The notes beneath the pieces were generated by a model. That model made no database searches, had not been told where the DNA came from, and worked only from the letters and a program-made list of their open reading frames with translations. A program made the position numbers and the translations under genes. Of a stretch of DNA of 64,000 bases, positions 1 to 12,300 are shown one piece after another. This stretch comes from Azolla caroliniana (Eukaryota > Plantae > Polypodiophyta): the NCBI GenBank assembly GCA_043228905.1, contig JBHGNT010000002.1:9734001-9798000 (forward strand). The letters run 5' to 3'. How positions within the stretch are numbered: position 1 is the first letter of the stretch; every line of letters starts with the position of its first letter.

Positions 1-1809
1 GTTGTACAACCACCAGTTTGGGCGAAGCCATTCCACGTGTTCATCGACGCCTCGGACATAGCAATAGGAAGTGCACTAATGCAGCTCACCGAACCAAACT
101 GGTACTGGCCAATATACTACGCTAGTCACAAATTATCAACAGCAGAGCGTAACTATTCCACAACGGAGCAGAAGGCGCTAGGAATGATCTATAGCATCAA
201 TAAATTCCGACATTATTTATTAGGAAGGAAATTCACGTTCCACGTGGATCACTCGGCGTTGTTGTATTTGGTGGAGAAACAAGCCATGACGGGGAAATTG
301 GCGCGGTGGATGCTGCTGCTCCAGGAATTCGATTTCGTAATCCAGCACCGACCAGGGACGCAACATGTAGTGGCGGATTTTTTGAGCAGACTCGAGAATG
401 GATAAACAGTACAGAAAGATGACGACGATTTTGCGGACGCTAATATCCTGTGGGTAGCAGCACTAGCAGAAAGAACAGAATTGACCTTTCCGGACCGGTG
501 GCTTATGGAAATGACGTACTTTTTGACTACGGGACTGCCTCCACCACAATTACGCACGAACGAGCAGAAACGACTAGCCGTCCGAAGACGTCACTTCTGC
601 CTCATCGAAGGCGTTTTATATCACAAAGGAAGTGATGGCATTTGGCGACGTGGGGTACATTAGGATGAGAAGGAAGCAGTTTTATGGGAGGCACACTGCG
701 GCACAGTAGGCGGCCATTACGCGGGCGACGTTACAACTCGGAAAGTATGGTAGGCGGGCTTATGGTGGCCAACAACGCAGAAGGATGCATCCGAGTATTG
801 TAGAAAGTGTGATTTGTGTCAACAGATGGGCTAGCCCGCGGAGGGCGCAAGGATGCCACCCCAGCCCGTATTACCGCTAGACCCCTTCCAAAAGTGGGGA
901 TTGGATTTTATGGGCCCCTTCACACCGGCAGCAGCCCGTACGGGCAATAAATAGATATTGGTAGCCATGGATTATTGCACCGAGTGGGTAGAAGCAAAGG
1001 CACTACATGAAAATATGGTGGCCATCACAACCAGATTCCTTTACAAGCACATCTGGTGCCGGTTCCGCTGTCCGATTGAGCTCATCAGTGACCAAGGGAG
1101 TCACTTTCTCAATATGGTGGTTCGGGAACTAACACATCATTACGTCGTAGTCCATAAGAAGAGTGCGCCATATTATCCGCAGGTGAATGGATTGGCAGAA
1201 TCCACCAGCAAGACGTTGCAAACCATTTTGAAGAAAATCGTCAATGAAAATAGAATGGACTGGGATACTAAATTACAGAGTGCGTTATGGGCGTACAGAA
1301 CCAGTTACAAAACAAGCATATAGTCAACACCGTTTCAACCAGCGTTTGGGCTGCAGGCTGTGATGCCGGTCGAATTTCAGGTACCCAGTTTGTGAATTCA
1401 GGTACGGAACCGACTATCAGAAGCCAAGTCGGAGGAGGTACGGCTCCACCAACTCCTCGAACTCGGGGAAAAACACGTACACAGCATGGTTGTGTTGGAG
1501 CAGGAACAACGACGGCGTAAAGCGTTTGTGGATTGACATCGGAACGCAAGGGAAAAGGAGTTCGTCGTGGGTCAAGCGGTGCTGGTTTTCCAAACTCGCA
1601 TGGGCCATATGCCAGGGAAGTTACGATTCCGCTGGACCGGCCCATATTGGATAATTGGAGCGGAACAAGGCACGTTTCAACTACGTACGCTGGCCGGGGA
1701 AGTAGTACGACAAAAGGTGAATGGGTTTCGGCTCAAACCTTACCTGGGCCCTACGCCACCTAACCCATTCACCGCCGAACAGGACAAAGCCGGAGAACCC
1801 ACAACGTAA
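1..1809 (+). pseudogene. Ty3/gypsy pol remnant (RNase H, integrase with HHCC and GPY/F region), gypsy copy A, truncated by the window start
   Basis: ORFs with DASDIAIGSAL/YYASHKL/ERNYSTTE (RT-RNase H), DYCTEWVEAKAL/SDQGSHF/YYPQVNGLAE (integrase) and RWTGPYWI. Many in-frame stops; no chromodomain seen. Confidence 0.93.
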
Positions 1810-2576
1810 ATGGACGGCCCCACTTGTACCATAATGTAAAAATAGGTTGTAGATAACCGTTACAGGAAAAAAAAAGAAGGAGAAGATAGCGACTATTAAA
1901 ACGACTAAAGGCATGCACAAACTCCTAGTTCAAGAACACGTGGCACCACGATGGCTCACCGCCCAATGAACCCTAAGCCACAAAAGGAAGGAAATAGAAG
2001 ATTTTCTGCACAAAACAGAAACCCATCTTCTAGCTATCAGCGCTCCCATCGCTCCTCCCCCTCACCTTCTCCTCCATCCTATCACAGAGCTTCAGCCCAC
2101 CGCAACCACCGGTCTACTTCCCACGAACCTCCTCTGGCAATGCCGATCTTCATCTCTACTGCCTTACGCCGATGGCTCGTGGAGAAACACCTAGATTGGT
2201 ACATCCGGGTCGCAGAAGCACCCCCACATCCGGATGCCATGGACATCGCCAGGAAGCTTAACATCAACACGGTCACCAACTCCTCCATCCGGAAGAAGTT
2301 GGACATGTCATCGCTAGGAGAAAGGCATTTCGAAATCCCTCCTACAGAGGCGCTGTAGCGATATTTCAAGCCATATTCCTCCTCCGCCAAGGCCTATAGA
2401 ACGAAGCAGATTCTGGATCCCTTCTTCCGTGAAGTTGCCAAGTTCCTGCTAGAAGTCGGCTACGTATATGTCAACGCATATGGGATGCCCAAGCATCATT
2501 ATCGATACCTTTGAAGGGCGTGCGGTCGATTGGGGGGTCATCACAGGGTTGGCGTTAAGGGAAGGCCTGCATGCGT

Positions 2577-3375
2577 TGTCGTGAAGGATTTGCTTCACGA
2601 TATAAAAATAAACCTGAATATTGTATTAAGTAACATTTGAGAGACTTGAACCCGTAACCTCACACACCAAGGGCGAAGCATATACCATTAGGATAAGTTA
2701 TTTTCTATAATTATACTTTTATCACCATACTTATGACATGTGTATCTTCATACATTAGAGCTTAGATGAGCATGATGGCTATCATGCATCACATGTAAAG
2801 CATGTGCGCCAAATGGCGACCATGCATCACATGCATCACATGCATTACATGCATGCCATGCACCCCCATATCATCATATGCATGAGAGAACCTATAAAGA
2901 GAGGTAAGGAATTAAGGGATGAATCAAAGAAAAAACAAGGTAATCAATCAATGAAGAGAAAGTTAGAGAAATAAGATAATCAAAGAAATAAATAATAAGT
3001 TAGCTTGTTGGTGAAGAGGCTCGTGTTTCCAAGTTGGAGTCAAGGGTTGGAATCAAGAGTTGGTAGAGAAAGGGTTCATCTTGCTATCAAGCATTGTAAA
3101 GTTGGTAAAATCTTGTATTAATAATTTACATCATGTTCATATCATATACTTTAATTCCTTAAATCATACTTTGTCTCTATCTTGCTTCTTGAATCATACA
3201 TTGTCTCTATCCTTTATCTATACTTGTCTCTCTCTCACACACATTACTTTAAACTCTTATTCTTTTTATCCTTAATCTTCCTAACATTTGTGCGCAAGCC
3301 TTATAAAAGTTCCTTCAACTCCCCCTTAACCTTAGTCCCTGCGACTTCGCCGCACGAACCACAACTACCCCGACA
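2577..3375 (+). repeat. 5' LTR of gag-protease element
   Basis: TGTCG...CGACA termini; direct repeat of 5494-6292. Confidence 0.95.
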
Positions 3376-3414
3376 CATTTGGTGAACCCGATGTGAAGGC
3401 GGCGACAAGGGAAA

Positions 3415-5455
3415 ATGGAGGAGCAAATGAGGCTTATGTGTACAATGGTGGAACGAATGATGCGAGAGCAAGGAATGATGGCAAGCATCGACAAAGCCGT
3501 CGACAATATTCTTGCTCGAGTAGGAATCTTTGAAGGTATAAATTTAACAAAATGTCTGAAGATTTACAATGAAGAAATGCTTAAACGTGGTGTCGACGAA
3601 GCTGCAAAAATTAATAGCTTTAGTCGAGTCGTTGCGATTGGGCTACAAGAGAGGATCCAAGAGCTCCAAAGGGAGAATCAGACATGGACAACATTCGAAA
3701 GAGCATTACTCAATGAATACAACCTCAACAATATGTCAAGGATGACAAGGTGAGCTTTCATGGATTGGGTAGAGTCTAATAAACATTTAAGTATTTTGGA
3801 AGTATTAAAAGAGTTTTCTGAAAGATTTGAGCAACTAAATGTTAGAGATAGAAATATAATAGTGCTAGATAAAGTAATATTGTTTCTACAAGCTACTAAT
3901 ATTAAAGACAGGAAGGACTTGGGAATGCTTTTAGAAGATCAGAATAGTTCAAGTGGACTTACCGAAGACTGGGAGGAAATGAAAAGGGTGTGCGCCCATT
4001 TCTGCAAAAGAAAGTTATGGTTTATGGAGTTGCCCGACAGAAATGATGAAGAAACGGGGAATGAGTCGGGAGAAAAGAAAGTAGAAGAATAACTCTTACA
4101 CGAATTGGTGAAAGGCATGAAAGACTTTTCGATCAAAGTGACGAAGCTAGAATCGGGACAAAGCTCGACTTCATCAAGGCAGGGAGGTGGAATGGTCCGA
4201 AGGTGTATGTAGTGTGATAGTATCGACCACCAGAAGAAAGATTGTCAAGAGCATAAGGATGCTCTTAATCATAATAAAATCTATTATCAAGATGGCAAGA
4301 TTCACTCGACAGAGACTCGACAACCACTTCAACTCAACTTCGGGCGAGGAGGAATGAAAAAGCTAATGGAAGATGCTGAGAGAGAAACGACTCAAGCGAT
4401 ACAATCTGTGGCAACCTTAGGATTGCGCGTAGAAGGCTCATATGGTGGATCTGGCTTTTGGCAAGATGTGATGGATTATGCAAGAAAAGGGAAGGTTCAA
4501 GTGGATGAATTAAAAAGAGCGGGAGATGAAATATGAAACTTCACTAGATGGAATGATCCAGTAGACGCGCTATCAGCATTCGCCCAAGTGAATGCACAAG
4601 ATGTACTAGTGGAAGAGAAGCGAAAGAGAGCTCAGGAGGTTAATCTGGCAAAAAGGCATGAGACATAAGAACAAGAGAGAAGAGAGATGGAAAAGGATGC
4701 TCCTGAGTCAAAAGAAGCTGATAAAGTAAAAGGGAAGATAAACCCAGCTTTCCAGCTTGCTTCAGACACAAGACGTGACAGATTTAAAACATGTCACAGA
4801 AGAAGTTACGAGAGTGTGTTCAACAACACTCCAAGATCTAGATCGTGACACCATCAATGTTGCAAGTGTAAAGAAGATAAATAATATTGCAGTTCATGAA
4901 GGGGATAGGAGTCATTATACAAAGAACCATTGGGCTCAAGCAACAACAGAGGCACCTACAAAAATTGCGGAGCAACAAATTCCTTATATTTTTTTGATAG
5001 ATTATGGATCAAAAATTAACATGATGTCTTTGGAATGTTATGTTAAAGGAAGGTGGCCAATCGATAAGAATCATGGGTCCAAGAAAAGAGTTGCAACAGA
5101 GATGATGGAGGATCTATTCGGAGCATGTCCTAATGTGAAAGCAACAATGGGAGATGTGTCGGTGCGTGAAAATTACTATGTGAAACATGGATCAACCTAC
5201 CCTGTCATCCTTGGTCAACCATCCATCAGCGTAGTGAGTATGGAAACAAAGGATGGTGAACAATACATCAACGTAGTAAGGATGGAAACAATTGTGATTA
5301 ATGATGATTCAACTTTCGTGAGGATCAAGAGTCAGGATGGAAGGAAGAGGGGCCATATCATAACCATGACGCCTAACCATGAAAGAAACAAAGAATGCTT
5401 GAGGGGACATCCAGTTCCGAAACGGAATGAAGAGTTTTTCCAAGACTTTGGATGA
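3415..5455 (+). pseudogene. gag-aspartic protease polyprotein, disrupted
   Basis: Consecutive ORF pieces 3415-3753, 3760-4092, 4354-4536 and 4757-5455; Zn knuckle; LIDYGSKINMM and YPVILGQP protease motifs. Confidence 0.85.
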
Positions 5456-5493
5456 ACTTTGCACAACCAGTGTGCAAGTTCAGAGGGAGTGGG

Positions 5494-6292
5494 TGTTGTG
5501 AAGGATTTGCTTCACGATATAAAAATAAACCTGAATATTGTATTAAGTAACATTTGAGAGACTTCAACCCGTAACCTCACACACCAAGGACAAAGCATAT
5601 ACCATTAGGATAAGTTATTTTCTATAATTATGCTTTTATCACCATACCTATAACATGTGTACCTTCATACATTAGAGCTTAGATGAGCATGATGGCTATC
5701 ATGCATCACATGTAAAGCATGTGCGCCAAATGGCGACCATGCATCATATGCATCACATGCATTGCATTCATGCCATGCACCCCCATATCATCATATGCAT
5801 GAGAGAACCTATAAAGAGAGGTAAGGAATTAAGGGATGAATCAAAGAAAAAACAAGGTAATCAATCAATGAAGAGAAAGTTAAAGAAATAAGATAATCAA
5901 AGAAATAAATAATAAGTTAGCTTGTTGGTGAAGAGGCTCGTGTTTCCAAGTTGGAGTCAAGGGTTGGAATCAAGAGTTGGTAGAGAAAGGGTTCATCTTG
6001 CTATCAAGCATTGTAAAGTTGGTAAAATCTTGTATTCATAATATACATCATGTTCATATCATATACTTTAATTCCTTAAATCATACTTTGTCTCTATCTT
6101 GCTTCTTGAATCATACATTGTCTCTATCCTTTATCTATACTTGTCTCTCTCTCACACACATTATTTTAAACTCTTATTCTTTTTATCCTTAATCTTCCTA
6201 ACATTTGTGTGCAAGCCTTATAAAAGTTACTTCAACTCCCCCTTAACCTTAGTCCTTGCGACTTCGCCACACGAACCACAACTACCCCAATA
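5494..6292 (+). repeat. 3' LTR of gag-protease element
   Basis: Direct repeat of 2577-3375, preceded by the PPT. Confidence 0.95.
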
Positions 6293-6832
6293 GCGTATCA
6301 GGCAGGCAAAAAGCTCAGGTCGATCATACAACAGTACCTTACGGTACTATTCCCACCCCGAGGCCTGCCGGCACCGCAGCCCAGCCAACCCACGCCCCTG
6401 CCCCGATCCGCAAAACGCAGGTTAGCGGAGTTAGTGGCCCTAGAGTGGGAAGAGGAACCCCAACCCACCCAGCCAGACCCGAGGACAACAACTACCGACC
6501 AGTCGGACACACGGACAACACAGGAGGAACAACCAGCACGTTCCGTGGAAGCAACCCCAGAGCCAGACACCGAAACACGATAGGATAGCCCAGACCGAAA
6601 CGACGTAGATTGGACAGGAAAGATGGGCGGGGGTTGGTCAAAGACGTCCCCACGGCGATAGAGACACCGACCGAAGGCGATGGCTTTGTAGCTACGGAAC
6701 CCAATACCACCTTCAAAATCATCCGGGAAAGCCGTATTGACGGCGGAAAGCGAGGTTTAGGCATCTTCGGATATCCCGGATACGGCCCATGAGTTCAACG
6801 CCCTCTTATAGTTCAGAACTTCTTTCGAGCTC

Positions 6833-8575
6833 ATGGAATTCCTGGCAACACAACAGGTCAAAGCCTCCCAACGAATGGTCGAAGAGCACGCGGAATGCCA
6901 GATGATCGAGCGCGCCCTAACACAAACGGTGGAGAGCGACGATGAGGACCGGTTAGCCAAGGTCGCCAGACAGAGGAACGTCGGGGTACGCCAAGTGGGG
7001 ATGGAGATACCCCCATTAAACACAGCCCTAATAGAAGTCCATAGGGAATTGGCAAAGGTCAGCACGGGCGCCAAGGAGATGGCCATTAAAAATAAGAATG
7101 TCTGGAAGAAGGTGAAACTGACCCAAGCCGAACTGGAAAAAGCCAACGAACGCATCGCGGAGTTGGAAGCTAACGCGACTACGGCGCAACACACAAGTCC
7201 GCCACCAAACCACGCCATCGACGCTTTAAAGGAAGAAATTGAGGCTCAGACCTCCATCGCCTCAAAAGCGAAAAGGGTCGTGCAACTAGTGGAATCAGAA
7301 ATTGATCGCCTTCAAGCTGAACTACGCCAATCCTCAGACAGAGAAAAGGAGATACGGGCTAACGGCCGGAAGGCAGTAAAAACCCTTGAAGAGAAACTCA
7401 CTACGAAGGTAGCTCAGCACATCCAAACAAAAGACGAAAACACCCAATTACGGGAGGACGCGAAGAAATCGGAGGCGGCAATCACGGGACTCCGGGCCTT
7501 ATTAGAGAGAAAGAAGGTATGGTTCGACGAGCAGCTGCTGGTCAAACAAGAAAGAAGGCATCAGCTCAAAATCCGCCTAAACAATGAAATGGGGAAATTA
7601 GAAGAACAACATGCAAAGGAAGCCCAGCTGTGGGCGGGCCCGAAGGCCACGTACGAAGAAGCGGCGGCGGTTAAACAACAAGAAATTGCAAACCTCTAGA
7701 AGTCGATGGAGGACGCACGCAACCGTTGCCAGGCCATCACAGATAACGTGTGTATCCTTCTCCAAACAAATTGGGAGAGGTTCACAGCGCAATTGAAAAC
7801 AGTGTTGGACAAAGGATGGATGGCGTGGGCAACCCAAGCAGCGGAATTGCACGCGTATCGTGCGGACTGGGAGAACCGGCGAAAAGATGACCGAGGGTTC
7901 TATAAACTAAATCAGGAGAGCACTGCGGCCGTACGAGAGGACCTAGCGCAAGACTATTGTGCGCTAGCGAACCAACACTCCGAAGAACTCGTGCAGCTCG
8001 TAGATGATTTTGGTGAAAGCCAGGAGGAGCTATTTCACCAGATCACACAAACTGGCAACACGCGAACAAACGAGGAATCCAGCGTGACGCCAATTCCGGG
8101 CATGGCCGAAGAAGAGGAACCTCAGGCCCGATCACCAGAAATTAAAACGATGGTGAACAGCGCGGACTGACGAGCGGAGTTCCCCACAGTACCAGACAGC
8201 GAAACCACTGCCCAAGAGGAGGTTCATCCGCACGAACCCACGCTATCATCGGACCACACGGAGAACGGTGCGGGCCAGGCGGAATTGCCGCCCCACTCCC
8301 CGGAATGTACAAGGACGGCTGACATCACGGAGGAAGTAACGATTGAGACAGAGCCGCGACCGACTGCAAGCAGGACGACCGCGGAGCCCAACCCACTAGC
8401 TCAAGAAGAGCCCACCGTACTCGGATCGCCCACACACGATGACTACGACACCGGGAGAAACCAGTCCGACCAAACAGGAGAGCCACACCACGATGCACCT
8501 ACCGGCCCTACGTCACCTCCGAACGTGGACGCCGCAGCAGAGCCAAGCATCCGGGCCATTTTGGAAGAGGATTAA
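6833..8575 (+). pseudogene. Gypsy 3' extra ORF, coiled-coil protein of unknown function (disrupted)
   Basis: Same-frame ORFs 6833-7699, 7706-8170 and 8285-8575 separated by single stops. E/K/Q-rich heptads; motif WENRRKDDRGFYKLNQE has homologues at about 16400 and 48260. Confidence 0.7.
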
Positions 8576-8667
8576 CGGGATGGGTCCAACGTGTCGGGGC
8601 ACTGTCCCACACGCATGCCAGGTGTTGTCCGTCGGAATAGTAACCGACGGACAAGAGCGTAGGGTAC

Positions 8668-8840
8668 AGGAACTCGAGTTCCTATTTAAAGTTTGCGTTT
8701 TGGCACAGGAACTCGATACATCGTATCGAGTTCTTGTGTAAAGTATGTGTTTTATACATAAACTTGATACCCTGTATCGAGTTCCTGTTTACATTTTGTG
8801 ATTTATACATGATATCGATACGTCGTATCGAGTTACTGTA
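8668..8840. repeat. Array of four palindromic motifs (CAGGAACTCGATAC-NNN-GTATCGAGTTCCTG consensus)
   Basis: AGGAACTCGAGTTCCT at 8668-8683; further copies at 8704-8738, 8761-8788 and 8815-8840. Centres are about 46, 51 and 51 bp apart. Confidence 0.9.
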
Positions 8841-9361
8841 TAAAACACAAATTTTAAATAGGAATATTGTGTCTTTGGGGAACAATTTAGTATATGTGTG
8901 AAAAGATACCAAATTTTATGTCCAATTTAGATTTTTTTAGTGACATTTGCTATATTTTGTAACAACTAGTGGCCTTACTTAAAAAGGTTTTATGACCTAT
9001 AATAGCTTAAAATAATAGAAAAAAACCCACGAATTACCTTTATGATACCAAATTTAAGTCTCTCATATGAAAATTCTCTACAATATGGATATGGAATCAA
9101 TATAAGCCATACCTACCCTTCAATATGATACATATCCTTGTATAATTATTAAGATATATAATATTCGAAGTTGAATAGCCATTACTAGAATTAAATTCCG
9201 AATAAAGGACTATCATGTTCACTCAATATAAGATTGATATTTATAGTTTGCCACAAATCGCCTGTTAGTTTTTGTCTTCATCTACTTATGTATATTTTAA
9301 TATACAACCTTAATCTAGGTAACCACCTAACTGATATTTTCACATGTCCTTTCTTAAATAG

Positions 9362-12300
9362 GTCATTTGAGAACTTCTCGGACCGACCTATGAAGAAGAT
9401 AAAGCTCCAGATTCAGGGCTCTCCAATTGAGACCCAAAAAGTAATAGTTCCTCAAAACATGAAGAGAGGAAAAAATCTTCTCTTCAACAAGGAGACAAAA
9501 TCTCAACCATCTGATGATGTTAGCCAAAAGAAAATGTTAGCAGCTACTGGTGGTGATGACCTTCCAGACAATGATCTAACGAACAAGGAATGGTGTATGC
9601 AATACGTCGACTCCAAGAAAAAAGTTGTGTTGTATACAGCAAAGAAGAAGGGTGATAGTCAGCTTGAAAAGGAAACCGCATTTATGTATGGCCATATTCT
9701 ACGATTTGACTACGAAGATTCAGATTCAGCCAACATTCTTGTAATGATAGAGTGCTCGAAGGGGTTACGTAAAGTGTACCTTTCTAAAGATCGACTAGTA
9801 AAGGAATCTTGTGGGCCAAAATCTTTTAAAAAAGATCTAGAAAGCTCACAAAACCTGATTGTCACCTTGAGGATATACAAGGCCATGTAACTCTAAGGGA
9901 GCCCTTGCCCTCCCTAGTGAAGGCCCCGAAAAGGGCATCTAAAGTGCAATCAAGACCAGCAAAAAAGAAGACCACTAAAATGTCGGACTCCGACTCATCA
10001 AGCTCAAACGAAGATGAGGACACTAGGGGGACGTCATGAGTTGAGCTTGCATTGGGTGTGTTGTCATCCGAGTAGAATAAGATACAGAGAGAGTTAATGC
10101 AACGTAAATTGGTTAGAAAAGGGCAAGTGTTTAATTTGCCTATAACACACATCCATTGGCCCTCTGTAGATGAAAAAACAGGACGAAGACCACTTGAGAT
10201 CAGAGAGCCACACCGAATGCATGTTCAAAATCTCAAGAAAAAAATGAAAATTAATCCACATGCTACCGATGTGCCTTTTATTGCTATGGTGGATCTCTAA
10301 GAATGTGAAACCACTGAAGAATTCGACATAAGAAAGCATGATCAATACAATTACTTTGTAATTGGTGGATCACATTTGGCGGAGGCACGTCAGCAACTTG
10401 TGAGAGAACATGCAATGACATTCTTCTTCAAGTATGCCGAGTGCAAAATTTACGTAGGCCTCACAACTGAAGAGGCAAAGCTATTGGCATGGGACCACAA
10501 TAATGATAATGACTATAGGGAGAAAATGTCATCGATTGAGCGTATAAGGTTCTTCCACCACGAGTGACGTCAAACAAAAGTTCGGTGTGAAGCTACATCC
10601 AGGCCTACGACGTCAATGCTTGCATGAAGTCACCATTGTGGTGGATGATAATGTTAAGTCCGATGGTCTTCAGAAATATGAGTCCTGGTTACAACTTGCC
10701 TTTAGAGATGGAGAAGTATGGGACCTACAAGATCAAATCTTCTCAATGTGAGAGAATAAGGAGGTCAAGAGTCAACGACAAAAGAAATGTAAGGTAGACC
10801 CTCAACTAGAATTAAAATCACAAGCGGCCATGAAAATTGATTTGACAATTAAAGATGTGGTTGACGACATTAAGTTGTCTCTGTGGAGAGCGATGCAAGG
10901 TATTAAGGACGAGCAGCTTCGTGTCTGTTTTGTCAAGGGTTGTGGCTAAAGATTTAAGCCTTGAAGAAATGGTCACTGAGTTCAATAAGTAAGTCTTTCA
11001 AATACTAATATTGAATTCAATATGGTGCAATTGAAAGTTCAAATCTCGTTTTCTAATTTCACAGTCATAAGGTGTACATGAAGATCCAAGAAGTTATGAT
11101 GAAACAACTTGGATGTATAACTTGGGAACAAGTGAGCGAGGATTATCCTCTAACGTCTTTATATAAGGCGTTATTCCGAGTATTTTATTGCATTCAAGGA
11201 TTGGGTTAGTATTGGTGTTTTTTCATTAAGCTTTCCTCATATGTAGAGGTTGTGTAATAATACTTGATGATTTATTGCTTCTATTAGAAACCATGGCGTG
11301 GCAAGAAACAAGGAGAAGTTAAGGATATACACGATTTCCTGACATCCTTCCTTGCACATCTCGAGAGAGCTAGAAAAGAAAAGGATCATCGCTTAGTCAA
11401 GGCGTATGAAATTGAGGAAGATGGCTCCTTCAAAAAAATTAGCCACAGAAAGGATATTACGAGAGATCTTTACTACAACGTGGTTTGCGACGATATCATT
11501 GACATGATCCAAAAAGTGCCAAAGATAGAATATATGGTAATGATTGCTGATATTCCATACGGATTTCAAATGGCAGGGTCATCATACGACGATAAACCGT
11601 TTAGGTTTAAACAGTTAGAGAAGATGGTCAAGGATTTTGCTGAGCTAACGACTGCATCCTTGTGGAGAATAGTTGTCTTTCATAGTATGCACCAAGGGTA
11701 CTCGGTAGCTCAAGCTTTGAGATCTCGTTGCCATGGCATCGAGAACCTTGCATGGTAAGGCTTATTTATATGTCTCATTCACTATATTGCCTTTCTTAAG
11801 ATTGTTCAATCTATTTTTAACTCGATGTAATATTTGTTATAGGATAAAAACCAATGTAAATAGAGGGCCAACCTTTCGGTTCGTAAATGCCATTGAATAC
11901 ATTAGGGTTGGCTACTTCGATGAAATTAAGAAACAAAGAATCAAGGATCATTCTAATGAAGTGGGAGATTCAAATCTGTTGGTATATCCAGCAGTGACAC
12001 GGAAATTGCGACATGTCACCACGACAGAACGGGGACTTGTCAACCCATACCAAAAACCTCAATGACTTATGATGCGCTTGATCGAGATGTTTTCTGTAGA
12101 AGGAGATTGGATATTAGACCTCTTTTCTGGCACAGGTATTCCTCGAACTAGGTTAACGATCTTGAGATAACCAATACTGAATCTTTTTTGTTTGAAAACT
12201 AATTCTTCTTGTTACTTTCTTCACAGGGACAACGTCTGCATGTGCATTGAAGCTCTTTAGAAACACAGTTGCATTGGAGAAGGACGAGGAGCAAGTTATA

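Larger units (their letters stand above)
2577..6292 (+). mobile_element. Non-autonomous gag-protease-only LTR retrotransposon (TR-GAG-like) with tRNA-Trp PBS and 4-bp TSD
   Basis: 799-bp LTRs at 2577-3375 and 5494-6292. GCGT at 2573-2576 and 6293-6296. PBS TGGTGAACCCGATGTGA at about 3380-3396, PPT AGAGGGAGTGGG at 5482-5493. The 2.1-kb interior has gag, a CX2CX4HX4C knuckle (4204-4245) and an LIDYGS protease-like motif, with no RT/RH/IN. Confidence 0.9.
1..8660 (+). mobile_element. Non-chromovirus Ty3/gypsy element A: pol, long 3' extra ORF region and start of 3' LTR at about 8592; interrupted by the element at 2577-6292 and cut at 8661
   Basis: Sequence joins across the GCGT TSD of the nested element. 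TGTCGGGGCACTGTCCCAC at 8592 follows a purine-rich tract and matches homologous LTR-start motifs at about 16603-16631 and 47671 (minus). Confidence 0.75.

Noticed and set aside
3380-3396. tRNA gene
   Set aside because: Only a primer-binding site complementary to a tRNA 3' end; no cloverleaf.
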